64,000 nt of DNA, from NCBI GenBank assembly GCA_001803415.1, contig MHDC01000045.1, positions 30,747 to 94,746 on the forward strand. The letters run 5' to 3'. Position numbers and translations under genes: made by a program. The notes beneath the pieces were generated by a model that saw only the letters and a program-made list of their open reading frames with translations, was not told where the DNA came from and did not search any database. Of the stretch, positions 25,483 through 34,086 are shown piece after piece. Positions within the stretch are counted from its first letter, which is position 1. The number at the start of each line of letters is the position of its first letter. The DNA is from Microgenomates group bacterium RBG_16_45_19 (GTDB lineage: Bacteria > Patescibacteriota > Microgenomatia > UBA1400 > RBG-16-45-19).

Positions 25483-25874
25483 AGGCGGTAGTGGATACTA
25501 ATGTTTGGGTTCGTTTTTTTGTCAGGGATAATGAAGCACAGTATCGGCAAGCAGTCGAGTGGTTTAAAACCGGCCGACTGGGCAAACGTAAGTTGGTGTT
25601 GTCAGCGGTAGTGGTGGCGGAAACCTGCTATGTATTGGATACGTTTTATCATAAAACTAGGGAAGAGATTGCTTCGGTTTGGGAAGTAGTCTTGGGGCAA
25701 CGATGGCTTGCCGTGGCGGAGCGATCGGTATTGATCGCAATGTGGCCCGGGTATCGAAACGGTTGGCATTGGGTAGATAGCTATCTTTGGGCTTGGAGTG
25801 GGGCAAATGAAGGAGATATTTTGAGTTTCGATAAGAAACTAAGACACAAAGTCGGTACAAAGAAAAATGATTAA
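25479..25874 (+). CDS. vapC: PIN-domain toxin (VapC)
   Basis: N-terminal VVDTNVWV acidic motif. About 130 aa. TA operon arrangement. Confidence 0.85.
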   Translation: MKAVVDTNVWVRFFVRDNEAQYRQAVEWFKTGRLGKRKLVLSAVVVAETCYVLDTFYHKTREEIASVWEVVLGQRWLAVAERSVLIAMWPGYRNGWHWVDSYLWAWSGANEGDILSFDKKLRHKVGTKKND

Positions 25875-25880
25875 TTTATT

Positions 25881-25918
25881 CCCTGGGTGTCTTGAGTATT
25901 GCACCCCCGGGGTGAAAG
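25881..25918. repeat. Palindromic repeat element, copy 2
   Basis: CCCTGGGTGTCTTGAGTATTGCACCCCCGGGGTGAAAG. Its reverse complement matches 9553-9591 at about 34 of 39 positions, and 25900-25916 is identical to 9604-9620. Confidence 0.8.
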
Positions 25919-25963
25919 AGTGTTGGAGAATGTTATAATGCGTTTTGAAAGAAGAAGCTATTT

Positions 25964-26164
25964 ATGGTTGATGATTATGATGGTTTGACGAGAATGGCAG
26001 TGGGATACTTAAGAGCTTTAGGCGAAGAGCCGAGCGCTCGGCAATTGGTTGAAGAGAAGTCATGGAAAATATTTATTGAAGCGGCTATGGGTAGAATTTC
26101 CCCAGATAAAGCTATTGAGTTACAGCAGGAATTACATGGATCTAGCGATTTAAGTAAAAGATAA
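25964..26164 (+). CDS. Hypothetical protein (66 aa)
   Basis: ORF only. Confidence 0.3.
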   Translation: MVDDYDGLTRMAVGYLRALGEEPSARQLVEEKSWKIFIEAAMGRISPDKAIELQQELHGSSDLSKR

Positions 26165-26286
26165 GGCTAGTTGAAATCTGTTATATTTGAGATAAACTGC
26201 ATTAATTAAATTCGCACACCGGGTGGAGCTCCTGAATAAAGTGCCTGGTGGAGGCTCCGGGGTGACACCGGAGGATAGGAGACAAA

Positions 26287-27135
26287 ATGGCTCAAGCCAA
26301 GAAACCGGTCGTTAAGACTAAGAAAAAGGTCGTACCAGTCAAGAAAGTAGTGGTTCAGCCTAAGAAAACTGAGGTAGTCGAAGTAAAAAAGGTCGAAGTA
26401 GTAGCCAAGCAGCCGGAGCGGGTTAAAGTCAAGTCCGAAGTAACGGTTGATTTAAAGGAGCTATTGGAAGCGGGGGCTCATTTTGGCCACCAGTCAAGAC
26501 GTTGGAATCCCAAGATGAAGCCATATATTTTTACTACCCGGGACGGCGTCCATATTTTTGACCTGACCTTGACGGCGCAAAAAATTAAAGAAGCAGCCGA
26601 CGCCATCGCCGATTGGGTCAGCCAGGGTCAGGAAATTATTTTTGTCGGCACCAAGCGCCAGGCACAACCGATTATCCGGGAGGAAGCGCTGAAAGTTGGC
26701 GCGCCCTATGTAGCCACCCGTTGGCTGGGAGGGATGTTGACCAACTGGACGGAAATGGAGCGGCGGATTAAGCGTTTAAATGACTTAAAAGCGAAGAGAG
26801 AGAAGGGGGAGTTAAAATTGTATACCAAGCGGGAACGAGTGATGATCGATAAAGACATTGCCAAACTGGAACGCTTTTTCGGCGGCATCGCTCACTTGAC
26901 CGAAAGACCCCAGGCTTTATTCGTAGTCGATACCCATAAAGAAGTGGCAGCGGTCAAAGAAGCCAAAAAGTTAAACTTGATGGTTATCGGCTTGGTCGAC
27001 ACTAACGCTGATCCTTATGAGGTAACCATTCCCATTCCCATTAACGACGACGCGGTCCGGTCGATTAAATTAGTGGTAAACAAAATGGCGGAAGCTTATC
27101 GGCAAGGTCGACAAATTAAGGACCAAGGAAAGTGA
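26287..27135 (+). CDS. rpsB: 30S ribosomal protein S2 with Lys/Val-rich N-terminal extension
   Basis: HFGHQSRRWNPKM and ATRWLGGMLTN motifs, preceded by about 55 aa of KKPVVKTKKKVVPVKK... extension. Confidence 0.95.
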   Translation: MAQAKKPVVKTKKKVVPVKKVVVQPKKTEVVEVKKVEVVAKQPERVKVKSEVTVDLKELLEAGAHFGHQSRRWNPKMKPYIFTTRDGVHIFDLTLTAQKIKEAADAIADWVSQGQEIIFVGTKRQAQPIIREEALKVGAPYVATRWLGGMLTNWTEMERRIKRLNDLKAKREKGELKLYTKRERVMIDKDIAKLERFFGGIAHLTERPQALFVVDTHKEVAAVKEAKKLNLMVIGLVDTNADPYEVTIPIPINDDAVRSIKLVVNKMAEAYRQGRQIKDQGK

Positions 27136-27142
27136 GGTAAAG

Positions 27143-27598
27143 ATGGCAAAGATAAAAGTTGAACAAATTAAACAATTGCGCGAAAAAACCGGTGCCGGAG
27201 TAATGGAAGCCAAGCAAGCATTAACGGCCAGTGGGGGTAAGATGGCGGCAGCGGAAGCTTGGATTAAGAAGAAAGGTTTGGATCGAGCGGAAGCCAAAAC
27301 CGACCGGGAAACTAAGCAGGGGGTGGTCTTTGCCTATATTCACCATGATCATAAAAGTGGGGCGATGGTCAAGTTGTTGTGCGAGACCGATTTTGTAGCC
27401 CGGACGGATGATTTTTTAAATTTGGCCCAGGAGTTGGCCATGCAGGCTACCAGTATGCCGGCCAAAAACACAGCGGCATTATTAAGCCAAGCTTACATTA
27501 GAGATCTGGAAATGACAGTGGAGCAATTGATTAAGCAAGTGGCGGGTAAAGTGGGGGAGAATATCCAGCTTAAAGAGTTTGTAAGACTAGGTCTGTAG
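27143..27598 (+). CDS. tsf: Elongation factor Ts (short form, 151 aa)
   Basis: UBA-like N-terminus IKQLREKTGAGVMEAKQAL and the LLCETDFVART motif. Located directly downstream of rpsB. Confidence 0.85.
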   Translation: MAKIKVEQIKQLREKTGAGVMEAKQALTASGGKMAAAEAWIKKKGLDRAEAKTDRETKQGVVFAYIHHDHKSGAMVKLLCETDFVARTDDFLNLAQELAMQATSMPAKNTAALLSQAYIRDLEMTVEQLIKQVAGKVGENIQLKEFVRLGL

Positions 27599-28420
27599 GG
27601 TTTTGGGTTTGAGGAGGAAGTAGAGCGAGGCGGTGAGGTAACCGATAAAGGCCAAATTGAAAACTAGGGGAGTGGGGCGGCCGTAAAGCAGGGTGGTGAA
27701 GAGGTTAATACTTTCGGCGGTGACTAAATTGATCAAAGTGAGCTTGAGATAAAAGGAGAAGCGGAAGGGCGTGCGGTAAAGGCGGCTAAAAAGGGTCAGG
27801 AGTAAGGCGCTGAACAGGCAGTAAGCCAGGCGGGCGGGGAGAAAGGTTAAGAGTAAAACCAGCGTTAGAGTCAAGCTTAATGGGAGGGGAGAAAGCTGGT
27901 TGATTTGATTTTCAAGGTGGGTGATCAAGGCTTGAAATTGAGGGTAGTCAAAGGTGCCGCTCAGGCCCAGCTGGTGATAGGGAATAATCAGGCTTTGACC
28001 CGGCGGCAGGGCAAGACCGAGGGCGGAAACCCCCAATAAAGCATAAGTGCCTTTGGTGAGAACGGCTTCGGCAGGTTGACTGGTATCGAGATACAAGAGG
28101 TAGGGATAAGCGAATGGTGGCTCTTGAGGTAAGGCAAAGGTGACCGGTTGGTCAGCCCCAGAGACGCTAAGTTGATTATTCTGCATGGTTAAGACTAGTT
28201 GGGGTGGAAAGGCAGGCTTGAGGTAAGCCAAAGTGGTCAGGAGGTTGGTTTTAAGCGACGGCAAATAGCCGACCACTAGATAGACGGAGAGCAGGCCAGC
28301 GAAGCCGATATACCAGATCAAGAGGTAGACGACTATGGCTTTAAAATGACTCTTGGCCCCATCCAGGACAGAGTGGGGGTCAAACAACGAACGGCTGAGG
28401 GTCTTGATGGGTGGAAGCAT
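27587..28420 (-). CDS. Polytopic membrane protein, unknown function
   Basis: Several long hydrophobic segments and no catalytic motif. It occupies the slot where pyrH normally sits. Confidence 0.55.
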   Translation of the reverse strand: MLPPIKTLSRSLFDPHSVLDGAKSHFKAIVVYLLIWYIGFAGLLSVYLVVGYLPSLKTNLLTTLAYLKPAFPPQLVLTMQNNQLSVSGADQPVTFALPQEPPFAYPYLLYLDTSQPAEAVLTKGTYALLGVSALGLALPPGQSLIIPYHQLGLSGTFDYPQFQALITHLENQINQLSPLPLSLTLTLVLLLTFLPARLAYCLFSALLLTLFSRLYRTPFRFSFYLKLTLINLVTAESINLFTTLLYGRPTPLVFNLAFIGYLTASLYFLLKPKTLQT

Positions 28421-28474
28421 GATGTTATTATAAAGGCACCAAATCTATTAACCAATGGCGGAGGGTGAAACTCT

Positions 28475-29023
28475 ATGTTTGACGAGATGAAAACGAAAAG
28501 TGACCAAGTGATTAGTCTAGTTAAAGACGATTTAGCCATGATCAAGTCGGGTCGGGCTAAACCGGAGATGGTCGAGAAAATCATGATCGAGGCTTACCCG
28601 GGGACCAAACTGCCGCTGGTGGAATTGGCTTCGATTACGGCTCCGGACCCCCATTTGTTAATGATTCAACCGTGGGATGCGGCGGTAGTGAAAGCGGTAG
28701 CCAGCGGGCTGGCAGTAGCGGAGATGCATTTGAATCCGACGGTGGATGGATCGGTGATCCGGATCAGTCTACCGCCGCTAACTCAAGATCGACGTCAAGA
28801 TTTGGTCAAAATCGTCAAACAGAAATTGGAGGGGGGTAAGGAGATGCTGAGAGAGGTGCGCAACGACACCAAACGCCAGGTGGACGCGCAAAAAGGCAAA
28901 CCAAATGTGTCGGAAGACGATATTTTCAAATGGCACGAAGAATTGCAAAAGATTCACGAAGAGGATGTGGCCAAGTTGGAAGCAATGGCCTCGGCCAAAG
29001 AGGCGGAGTTGATGGCGATTTAG
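28475..29023 (+). CDS. frr: Ribosome recycling factor
   Basis: Full-length similarity (..IRISLPPLTQDRRQDLVK..) and a conserved neighbourhood. Confidence 0.95.
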   Translation: MFDEMKTKSDQVISLVKDDLAMIKSGRAKPEMVEKIMIEAYPGTKLPLVELASITAPDPHLLMIQPWDAAVVKAVASGLAVAEMHLNPTVDGSVIRISLPPLTQDRRQDLVKIVKQKLEGGKEMLREVRNDTKRQVDAQKGKPNVSEDDIFKWHEELQKIHEEDVAKLEAMASAKEAELMAI

Positions 29024-29052
29024 ATCATGGTCATCTGTTATGATAACCCGGT

Positions 29053-30198
29053 ATGAATGTACTCCTGTTTATCGTGGTCTTATCAGTCCTGGTGATTATT
29101 CATGAGCTAGGTCATTTTTGGTGGGCGAGGCGATTTAAAGTCAAGGTGGAAGAATTCGGTTTGGGTTACCCACCCCAGGCTAAAGTCTTAAAGACCGACC
29201 GCTTGGGCACCAGCTATACTTTGAATTGGTTACCGGTGGGCGGCTTTGTCAGGCTCTTTGGCGAGGAAGGCTTGGACGAAGTCAAGTTAACGTCGGCGGA
29301 ACGGAAAAAAGCTTTCTGTTTTAAACCCATCAACCAGCGGCTAATGATTATTGCTGCCGGCGTCTTGGTCAATTTTTTATTTGGGGTAGTGGTGTTTGCC
29401 GGCTTGTACACTTTTTGGGGTATTAAACAAGGTTTACCTCGAGATTTAGGTTACGTGTTGATTGAGGCGGTGGCGCCGGAGACTCCGGCGGCGGCGGCCG
29501 GTTTACTACCAGGAAACAAAGTGGTGGGGGCAGAGGTGGACGGAAAACTGGTACCCTTAAGTCGGAGTGATCGGTTTATTGCCCTGGTCAGCGAACAAGC
29601 CGGTAAGTCGATTAACTTAATTTTAATTGAACCTGAGCGGCGAGTGCCGGTGTACGTGCGGACGCCGACCGAAATTCCTAAAGACCAAGGCGCGCTTGGG
29701 GTTGGGATTACCGATTTTGAGCGGCAGTTTTACCCGTTGTGGCAGGTTCCGTTTCGGGGAATAGGATTAGGTTTGAAATCGGCGGTATCCCTGGGGGGGA
29801 TGATTTTGGAGGCCTTAGGCCAAATGATGACGAGGTTGTTTACCAGGGGTGAAGTACCTCAAGATGTAGCCGGACCGGTAGGGATCGCTTACCTGGCCAG
29901 CAAAGAGCAGTTATTTACTCAGGGTTGGGGGACTTTACTTAATTTTGCAGCCATGTTTTCGATTAATTTAGCCATCATCAATATGTTACCAATTCCGCCG
30001 TTAGATGGCGGCCGGGCAGCCATGCTGATATATGAAGGAGTATTTAAACGGAAGGTAAACCCCCGGTGGGAAAGGGGCGTGCTGACGGCGGGGATGGTTT
30101 TCTTTTTATTACTGATTTTACTGATTTCGGTAAAGGACGTGGGGCAGATTTTGAATGATACCGGAGCGATCGACTGGCTGGTACAATGGCAGAGATGA
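29053..30198 (+). CDS. rseP: RIP metalloprotease RseP (site-2 protease, M50) with PDZ domain
   Basis: HELGHFWWA (HExxH), NMLPIPPLDGG, and transmembrane segments. Confidence 0.9.
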   Translation: MNVLLFIVVLSVLVIIHELGHFWWARRFKVKVEEFGLGYPPQAKVLKTDRLGTSYTLNWLPVGGFVRLFGEEGLDEVKLTSAERKKAFCFKPINQRLMIIAAGVLVNFLFGVVVFAGLYTFWGIKQGLPRDLGYVLIEAVAPETPAAAAGLLPGNKVVGAEVDGKLVPLSRSDRFIALVSEQAGKSINLILIEPERRVPVYVRTPTEIPKDQGALGVGITDFERQFYPLWQVPFRGIGLGLKSAVSLGGMILEALGQMMTRLFTRGEVPQDVAGPVGIAYLASKEQLFTQGWGTLLNFAAMFSINLAIINMLPIPPLDGGRAAMLIYEGVFKRKVNPRWERGVLTAGMVFFLLLILLISVKDVGQILNDTGAIDWLVQWQR

Positions 30199-31913
30199 AA
30201 TACTCTAAGTTGTTTGGCAAAACCAGACATGGGGTACTTAGATCAGGTGAGCTGGTGAGTCACCAATTATTAACTAAAGCTGGCTATATCCGTGAAAGTA
30301 CCGCCGGTCGGTATTTTTTCTTACCGCTAGGCTGGCGGGTGCATGAAAAAATCAAACGAGTGATTAAAGAGGAAATGGACCGAGCGGGAGCCCAGGAGAT
30401 GGTAGCCCCGGTTTTACACCCCTTTGAGTTGTGGCAGGAAACCAATCGGGATAACACCACTGGCTTTGAGTTGATGCAGGTGACCGATCGATCAGGGCGC
30501 CAGTTTGCCTTAGGTGGGACGGCCGAAGAAATGTTTGTCGATGTGGTCAGACGCTTTCAAATTTCCCACAAAGATTTACCGTTTAATATCTATCAATTTT
30601 CGACCAAGTTTAGGGATGAGTTGAGAGCCCGGGGAGGCTTACTTCGGGTCCGGGAGTTTGTGATGAAGGATGCCTATAGTTTTGATCGGGACGAGGCAGC
30701 CTTCAAAATCGAATACGAAAAGATGAAACAGACTTACATGACTATTTTTAAGCGTTTAGGTTTGGAGACTAAAGCCGTCGAAGCGGATAACGGTTATATC
30801 GGCGGCGAATATTGTCATGAATTGGTGGTGGAGCACCCCCTGGGTGAGAGTCATTATGTGGAAAGTGAAGATGGAGCGGTGTGTCAACATGTGGATGTGG
30901 CTAAGTTTAAAAAAGAAGCGAAGAATTTAAACGATGATTTATTACCATATAAACAGGTAGAGGCGGTCAGGGGAAAAACAATGGAGGAGGGAGTGAAGTT
31001 ACATGGTCTGCCGCTGTGGCAGCAGTTGAAAGATGTTTTGTACAAGGATAAGCGGGGGAAATTATTTTTGGCGATAATTCGAGGTGATCTATCGGTGGGT
31101 GAAGCCAAATTATTGCATGTAGCCAAGGCTGATTATCTGGAGCCAGCCGAGGATGAGGATGTGAGTCGAATTGGCAGTTATCCCGGTTTTATTTCGCCGG
31201 TGGGGTTAGAGGATAAAGTAACGATCGTGGCGGATACATCCTTGCGAACGGTGAAAAATATGTATGGTGGGGCGAATAAACAGAATTTAGATGCGCTGAA
31301 CATGAATATTGACCGGGATTTTAAACCACATTTTGAGGGTGATATTGCTCAGGCAAGTGATGGCTTTCAAACCGAAGATGGAACCCAAACCTTGAAGGTA
31401 AAACGGGGGATTGAGGTGGGGAATATTTTCCAGTTGGGTTATCACTATACCCAGAAGATGAAAGATGCGGTTTTTGTTGACAAAGATGGCACCTTGAAAC
31501 CTTATTACATGGGTTGTTACGGGATCGGTTTGGGGCGGACCATGGCCACGATTGTCGAAAAGTTCCATGATGATAAGGGGATTAATTGGCCGACGGTGGT
31601 GGCGCCGTATCAAGCTCATTTAATCACGATAGGGAACAATGAGCAGGAAACGATGAGTCATAGCGAACAGGTCTACCGGCAGTTAACACAAGCGGGGATA
31701 GAAGTGTTGTGGGATGACCGGGAGGAAAGCCCGGGTAAGAAGTTTGCCGACGCGGACTGGATCGGCCTGCCGGTGAGGTTAGTCGTCTCGGCCAAGACCC
31801 TTCGGCAGGGCTCAGGGCAAGCTGGAGAGAAGGTGGAATGGAAAGAGCGGACTAAAGACGCAGCCGAAGTGATCGATTTGGCCGAGGTGATTAAGCGGTT
31901 AAAAACCATATGA
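30195..31913 (+). CDS. proS: Prolyl-tRNA synthetase
   Basis: Bacterial-type ProRS collinearity (HQLLTKAGYIRESTAGRYFFLPLG...). The ATG at 30195 overlaps the rseP stop (ATGA); the ATG at 30186 is also possible. Confidence 0.95.
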   Translation: MKYSKLFGKTRHGVLRSGELVSHQLLTKAGYIRESTAGRYFFLPLGWRVHEKIKRVIKEEMDRAGAQEMVAPVLHPFELWQETNRDNTTGFELMQVTDRSGRQFALGGTAEEMFVDVVRRFQISHKDLPFNIYQFSTKFRDELRARGGLLRVREFVMKDAYSFDRDEAAFKIEYEKMKQTYMTIFKRLGLETKAVEADNGYIGGEYCHELVVEHPLGESHYVESEDGAVCQHVDVAKFKKEAKNLNDDLLPYKQVEAVRGKTMEEGVKLHGLPLWQQLKDVLYKDKRGKLFLAIIRGDLSVGEAKLLHVAKADYLEPAEDEDVSRIGSYPGFISPVGLEDKVTIVADTSLRTVKNMYGGANKQNLDALNMNIDRDFKPHFEGDIAQASDGFQTEDGTQTLKVKRGIEVGNIFQLGYHYTQKMKDAVFVDKDGTLKPYYMGCYGIGLGRTMATIVEKFHDDKGINWPTVVAPYQAHLITIGNNEQETMSHSEQVYRQLTQAGIEVLWDDREESPGKKFADADWIGLPVRLVVSAKTLRQGSGQAGEKVEWKERTKDAAEVIDLAEVIKRLKTI

Positions 31914-32791
31914 TTAAAGATTTAATAACCAAGCCGGTGAAACTGTTAGTGACGCACCAGAACCCGGATCCGGATGCGGTCGGGGCTTGCTGGTTGTTGA
32001 TGAAGTATGGCGGACGCAAGTTGGAAGGAGCCCAGTTTTATTTTGTACCCAGCGGTTCAGTGGTGAGTGACGCAGTCTTAAAGCAGAAAGAAGTGGAACG
32101 GGAGGAAACGGTGCATGTGGATACCGGTTTGGGAGTGTTTGATCATCACCAAGCCGATAATCAGGCCAGAGACAGCGCCACTTGGCGGGTCAATCAATAT
32201 TTGATTAAAGCCGATCCCAATTTGGCCAAGGATGAAGCTTTAAAGCGAGTGGTCAGGTTGATTAACGACAATGATCATTTTGCGGCTTGTTGGTGGCCTG
32301 AGGCCGACCATGACCGCTATGTGTTAATGTTTGAGGAGATCCTTAAAGGTTTAAGGCAAGCCCGGGGATTTTCCGATCGGGAAGTGGTGGAGTTTGGCAT
32401 GATTTGCTTGGATGGTATTTATGTGTCGATGAAGCAAAAGGTTAGTGCCGAGGCGGAGTTAGCGTTAGGTCAAAAATTTGAGAGCCGCTGGGGTCAAAGT
32501 TTAGCCATTGAAAATAATAATGACGAGGTGATCAGGATAGCCCAAAAGCGAGGCTTTAATTTAGTGGTGCGGAAAGAAGCCGATAAAGGTCATATTCGCA
32601 TCAAAGTGGTGCCGGAGCGGGGATTGGATTTGACACCGCTATATGAAGTGATTAAAAAGCGAGATCGGGTCGGAACCTGGTTTTTCCATCCCTCAAAAAC
32701 GATGCTGATTAACGGTTCCCGCCATAATAACACGCACGTCCCATCTCCCCTAACTCTTGATGAGGTCGTGACCATAATCAAGAGCATATAG
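31910..32791 (+). CDS. DHH-family phosphoesterase-like protein
   Basis: THQNPDPDAVGA (DHH motif I-like) and VFDHHQ (DHH motif). ATGA overlap with proS. Confidence 0.6.
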   Translation: MIKDLITKPVKLLVTHQNPDPDAVGACWLLMKYGGRKLEGAQFYFVPSGSVVSDAVLKQKEVEREETVHVDTGLGVFDHHQADNQARDSATWRVNQYLIKADPNLAKDEALKRVVRLINDNDHFAACWWPEADHDRYVLMFEEILKGLRQARGFSDREVVEFGMICLDGIYVSMKQKVSAEAELALGQKFESRWGQSLAIENNNDEVIRIAQKRGFNLVVRKEADKGHIRIKVVPERGLDLTPLYEVIKKRDRVGTWFFHPSKTMLINGSRHNNTHVPSPLTLDEVVTIIKSI

Positions 32792-32813
32792 CATATAGCG
32801 AATAGCATATAGT

Positions 32814-33320
32814 ATGAAGTATAGCCCAAAAAATGGTTTAATTCTTGATTTGATCAATTTGCAGAATCAACCTGATTACAACTTGGTTTTGGCGCAGAGC
32901 CACTTTATTAAAACGGTGGAGGATGTGCACGAGTTGGTGGTTAATTGTGTGCCGGGAGCAAAGTTTGGATTAGCCTTTAACGAGGCCAGTGGACCACTGA
33001 TGATCCGAACCAGCGGCACCGAGCCGAAGTTAATTAAAGAAGCGGTCAGACTGGCCAAGTTGATTGGCTGCGGTCATTTATTAGTCCTAGTCATGACTAA
33101 TGTTTATCCGATCAATATTTTACCCCGGTTAAGCGACGTCCCGGAAATAGTCAGTCTCTATTGCGCCACAGCCAATCCAGTGCAAGTGGTAGTGGCAGCA
33201 AGTCAGCAGGGTCGAGGAGTGTTGGGAGTTATCGATGGGGGGACCCCAAAGGGAGTCGAGAGCGGCCAGGAAATCACCCAGCGTCAGCAATTATTAAGAC
33301 AGATGGGTTATAAGCAATAA
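32814..33320 (+). CDS. Adenosine-specific kinase family protein (PF04008-like)
   Basis: LAQSHFIKTVEDVHE..., NVYPINILP, YCATANPVQVVVA, GRGVLGVIDG all match my memory of this family. Confidence 0.65.
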   Translation: MKYSPKNGLILDLINLQNQPDYNLVLAQSHFIKTVEDVHELVVNCVPGAKFGLAFNEASGPLMIRTSGTEPKLIKEAVRLAKLIGCGHLLVLVMTNVYPINILPRLSDVPEIVSLYCATANPVQVVVAASQQGRGVLGVIDGGTPKGVESGQEITQRQQLLRQMGYKQ

Positions 33321-33404
33321 TATCGGTTTTAAACTTCGTGATACAATACAAAGACATGGTCAATAGCCACACCGTTTATACCAGATGGGAGGTGTTATTG
33401 TTTT

Positions 33405-33608
33405 GTGCCGACTGTTATCAAGGCCAAAAAAGATGAACCGGCAGCCAGCGTGATTCGACGCTTTAAAAAGCAAGTGCTTCTAGATGAAATTTTGAAGGAT
33501 CTGAAAAAGAAAGAATTTTACCTCAAACCTTCGCAAATCCGCAAAGAACGGAAGAAGGAATGGGAACGCCAAAAGAGGCGAGAGCGATTTTTGGCGTCTT
33601 ATCACTAA
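33405..33608 (+). CDS. rpsU: 30S ribosomal protein S21
   Basis: 67 aa, basic. SVIRRFKKQV...KPSQIRKERKK pattern. GTG start. Confidence 0.85.
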   Translation: MPTVIKAKKDEPAASVIRRFKKQVLLDEILKDLKKKEFYLKPSQIRKERKKEWERQKRRERFLASYH

Positions 33609-33612
33609 GAGT

Positions 33613-34014
33613 ATGACCAAGGTGCATATTTGGGCAGATAGTCGCTACCCGATTAGTCGGCGGCGGCTAAGAGCGGCGGTGGCTCGGGTGGTTAAAAGCG
33701 AAGGTGTGACTTCCGCGGTGGCCGTTTCCATTGCCGTCGTCGGCAACCGCAAAATGAAACAATTAAACCGGGAATATCATGGGGTGGACCGGACCACTGA
33801 CGTGTTAAGTTTTGCCTATCTTGACCCTTTAAGCCAGAAAGGGAATTACCACTTTATCACCCCAGAGACGGAAGGCATGGTCTTGGGCGACATCATTGTG
33901 GCCTACCCCCAAGCCGTCAAGCAGGCTGCGCTGAAAGATAAATTGGTAGATGAAGAGATGGATTGGTTGGTTGAGCACGGGATGCAGCACCTATTTGGGC
34001 ATCACCACGAGTGA
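33613..34014 (+). CDS. ybeY: rRNA maturation endoribonuclease YbeY
   Basis: DVLSFAY and the HGMQHLFGHHH metal-binding motif. Confidence 0.9.
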   Translation: MTKVHIWADSRYPISRRRLRAAVARVVKSEGVTSAVAVSIAVVGNRKMKQLNREYHGVDRTTDVLSFAYLDPLSQKGNYHFITPETEGMVLGDIIVAYPQAVKQAALKDKLVDEEMDWLVEHGMQHLFGHHHE

Positions 34015-34086
34015 ACCAAGGTAAAGCAGAATCAGCAATGAATGGCTGTATGCTGGCTGTAGTGGTTAAGTTACAATGGGCGGTGG

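Noticed and set aside
9555-25918. The 16.3-kb segment between the inverted palindromic-element copies, considered as a composite transposon or invertible segment.
   Set aside because: The interval contains backbone-composition housekeeping genes (prs, upp, glyA, folD) and no transposase or invertase. A third copy exists elsewhere at 60.7 kb. A dispersed small repeat family is the simpler reading.
26165-26286. A structured rpsB leader or regulatory RNA (repeated CACCGG/CCGGGGTG motifs upstream of rpsB).
   Set aside because: I could not draw a convincing stem-loop or pseudoknot by eye. The segments are similar rather than complementary. A covariance-model search would be needed.
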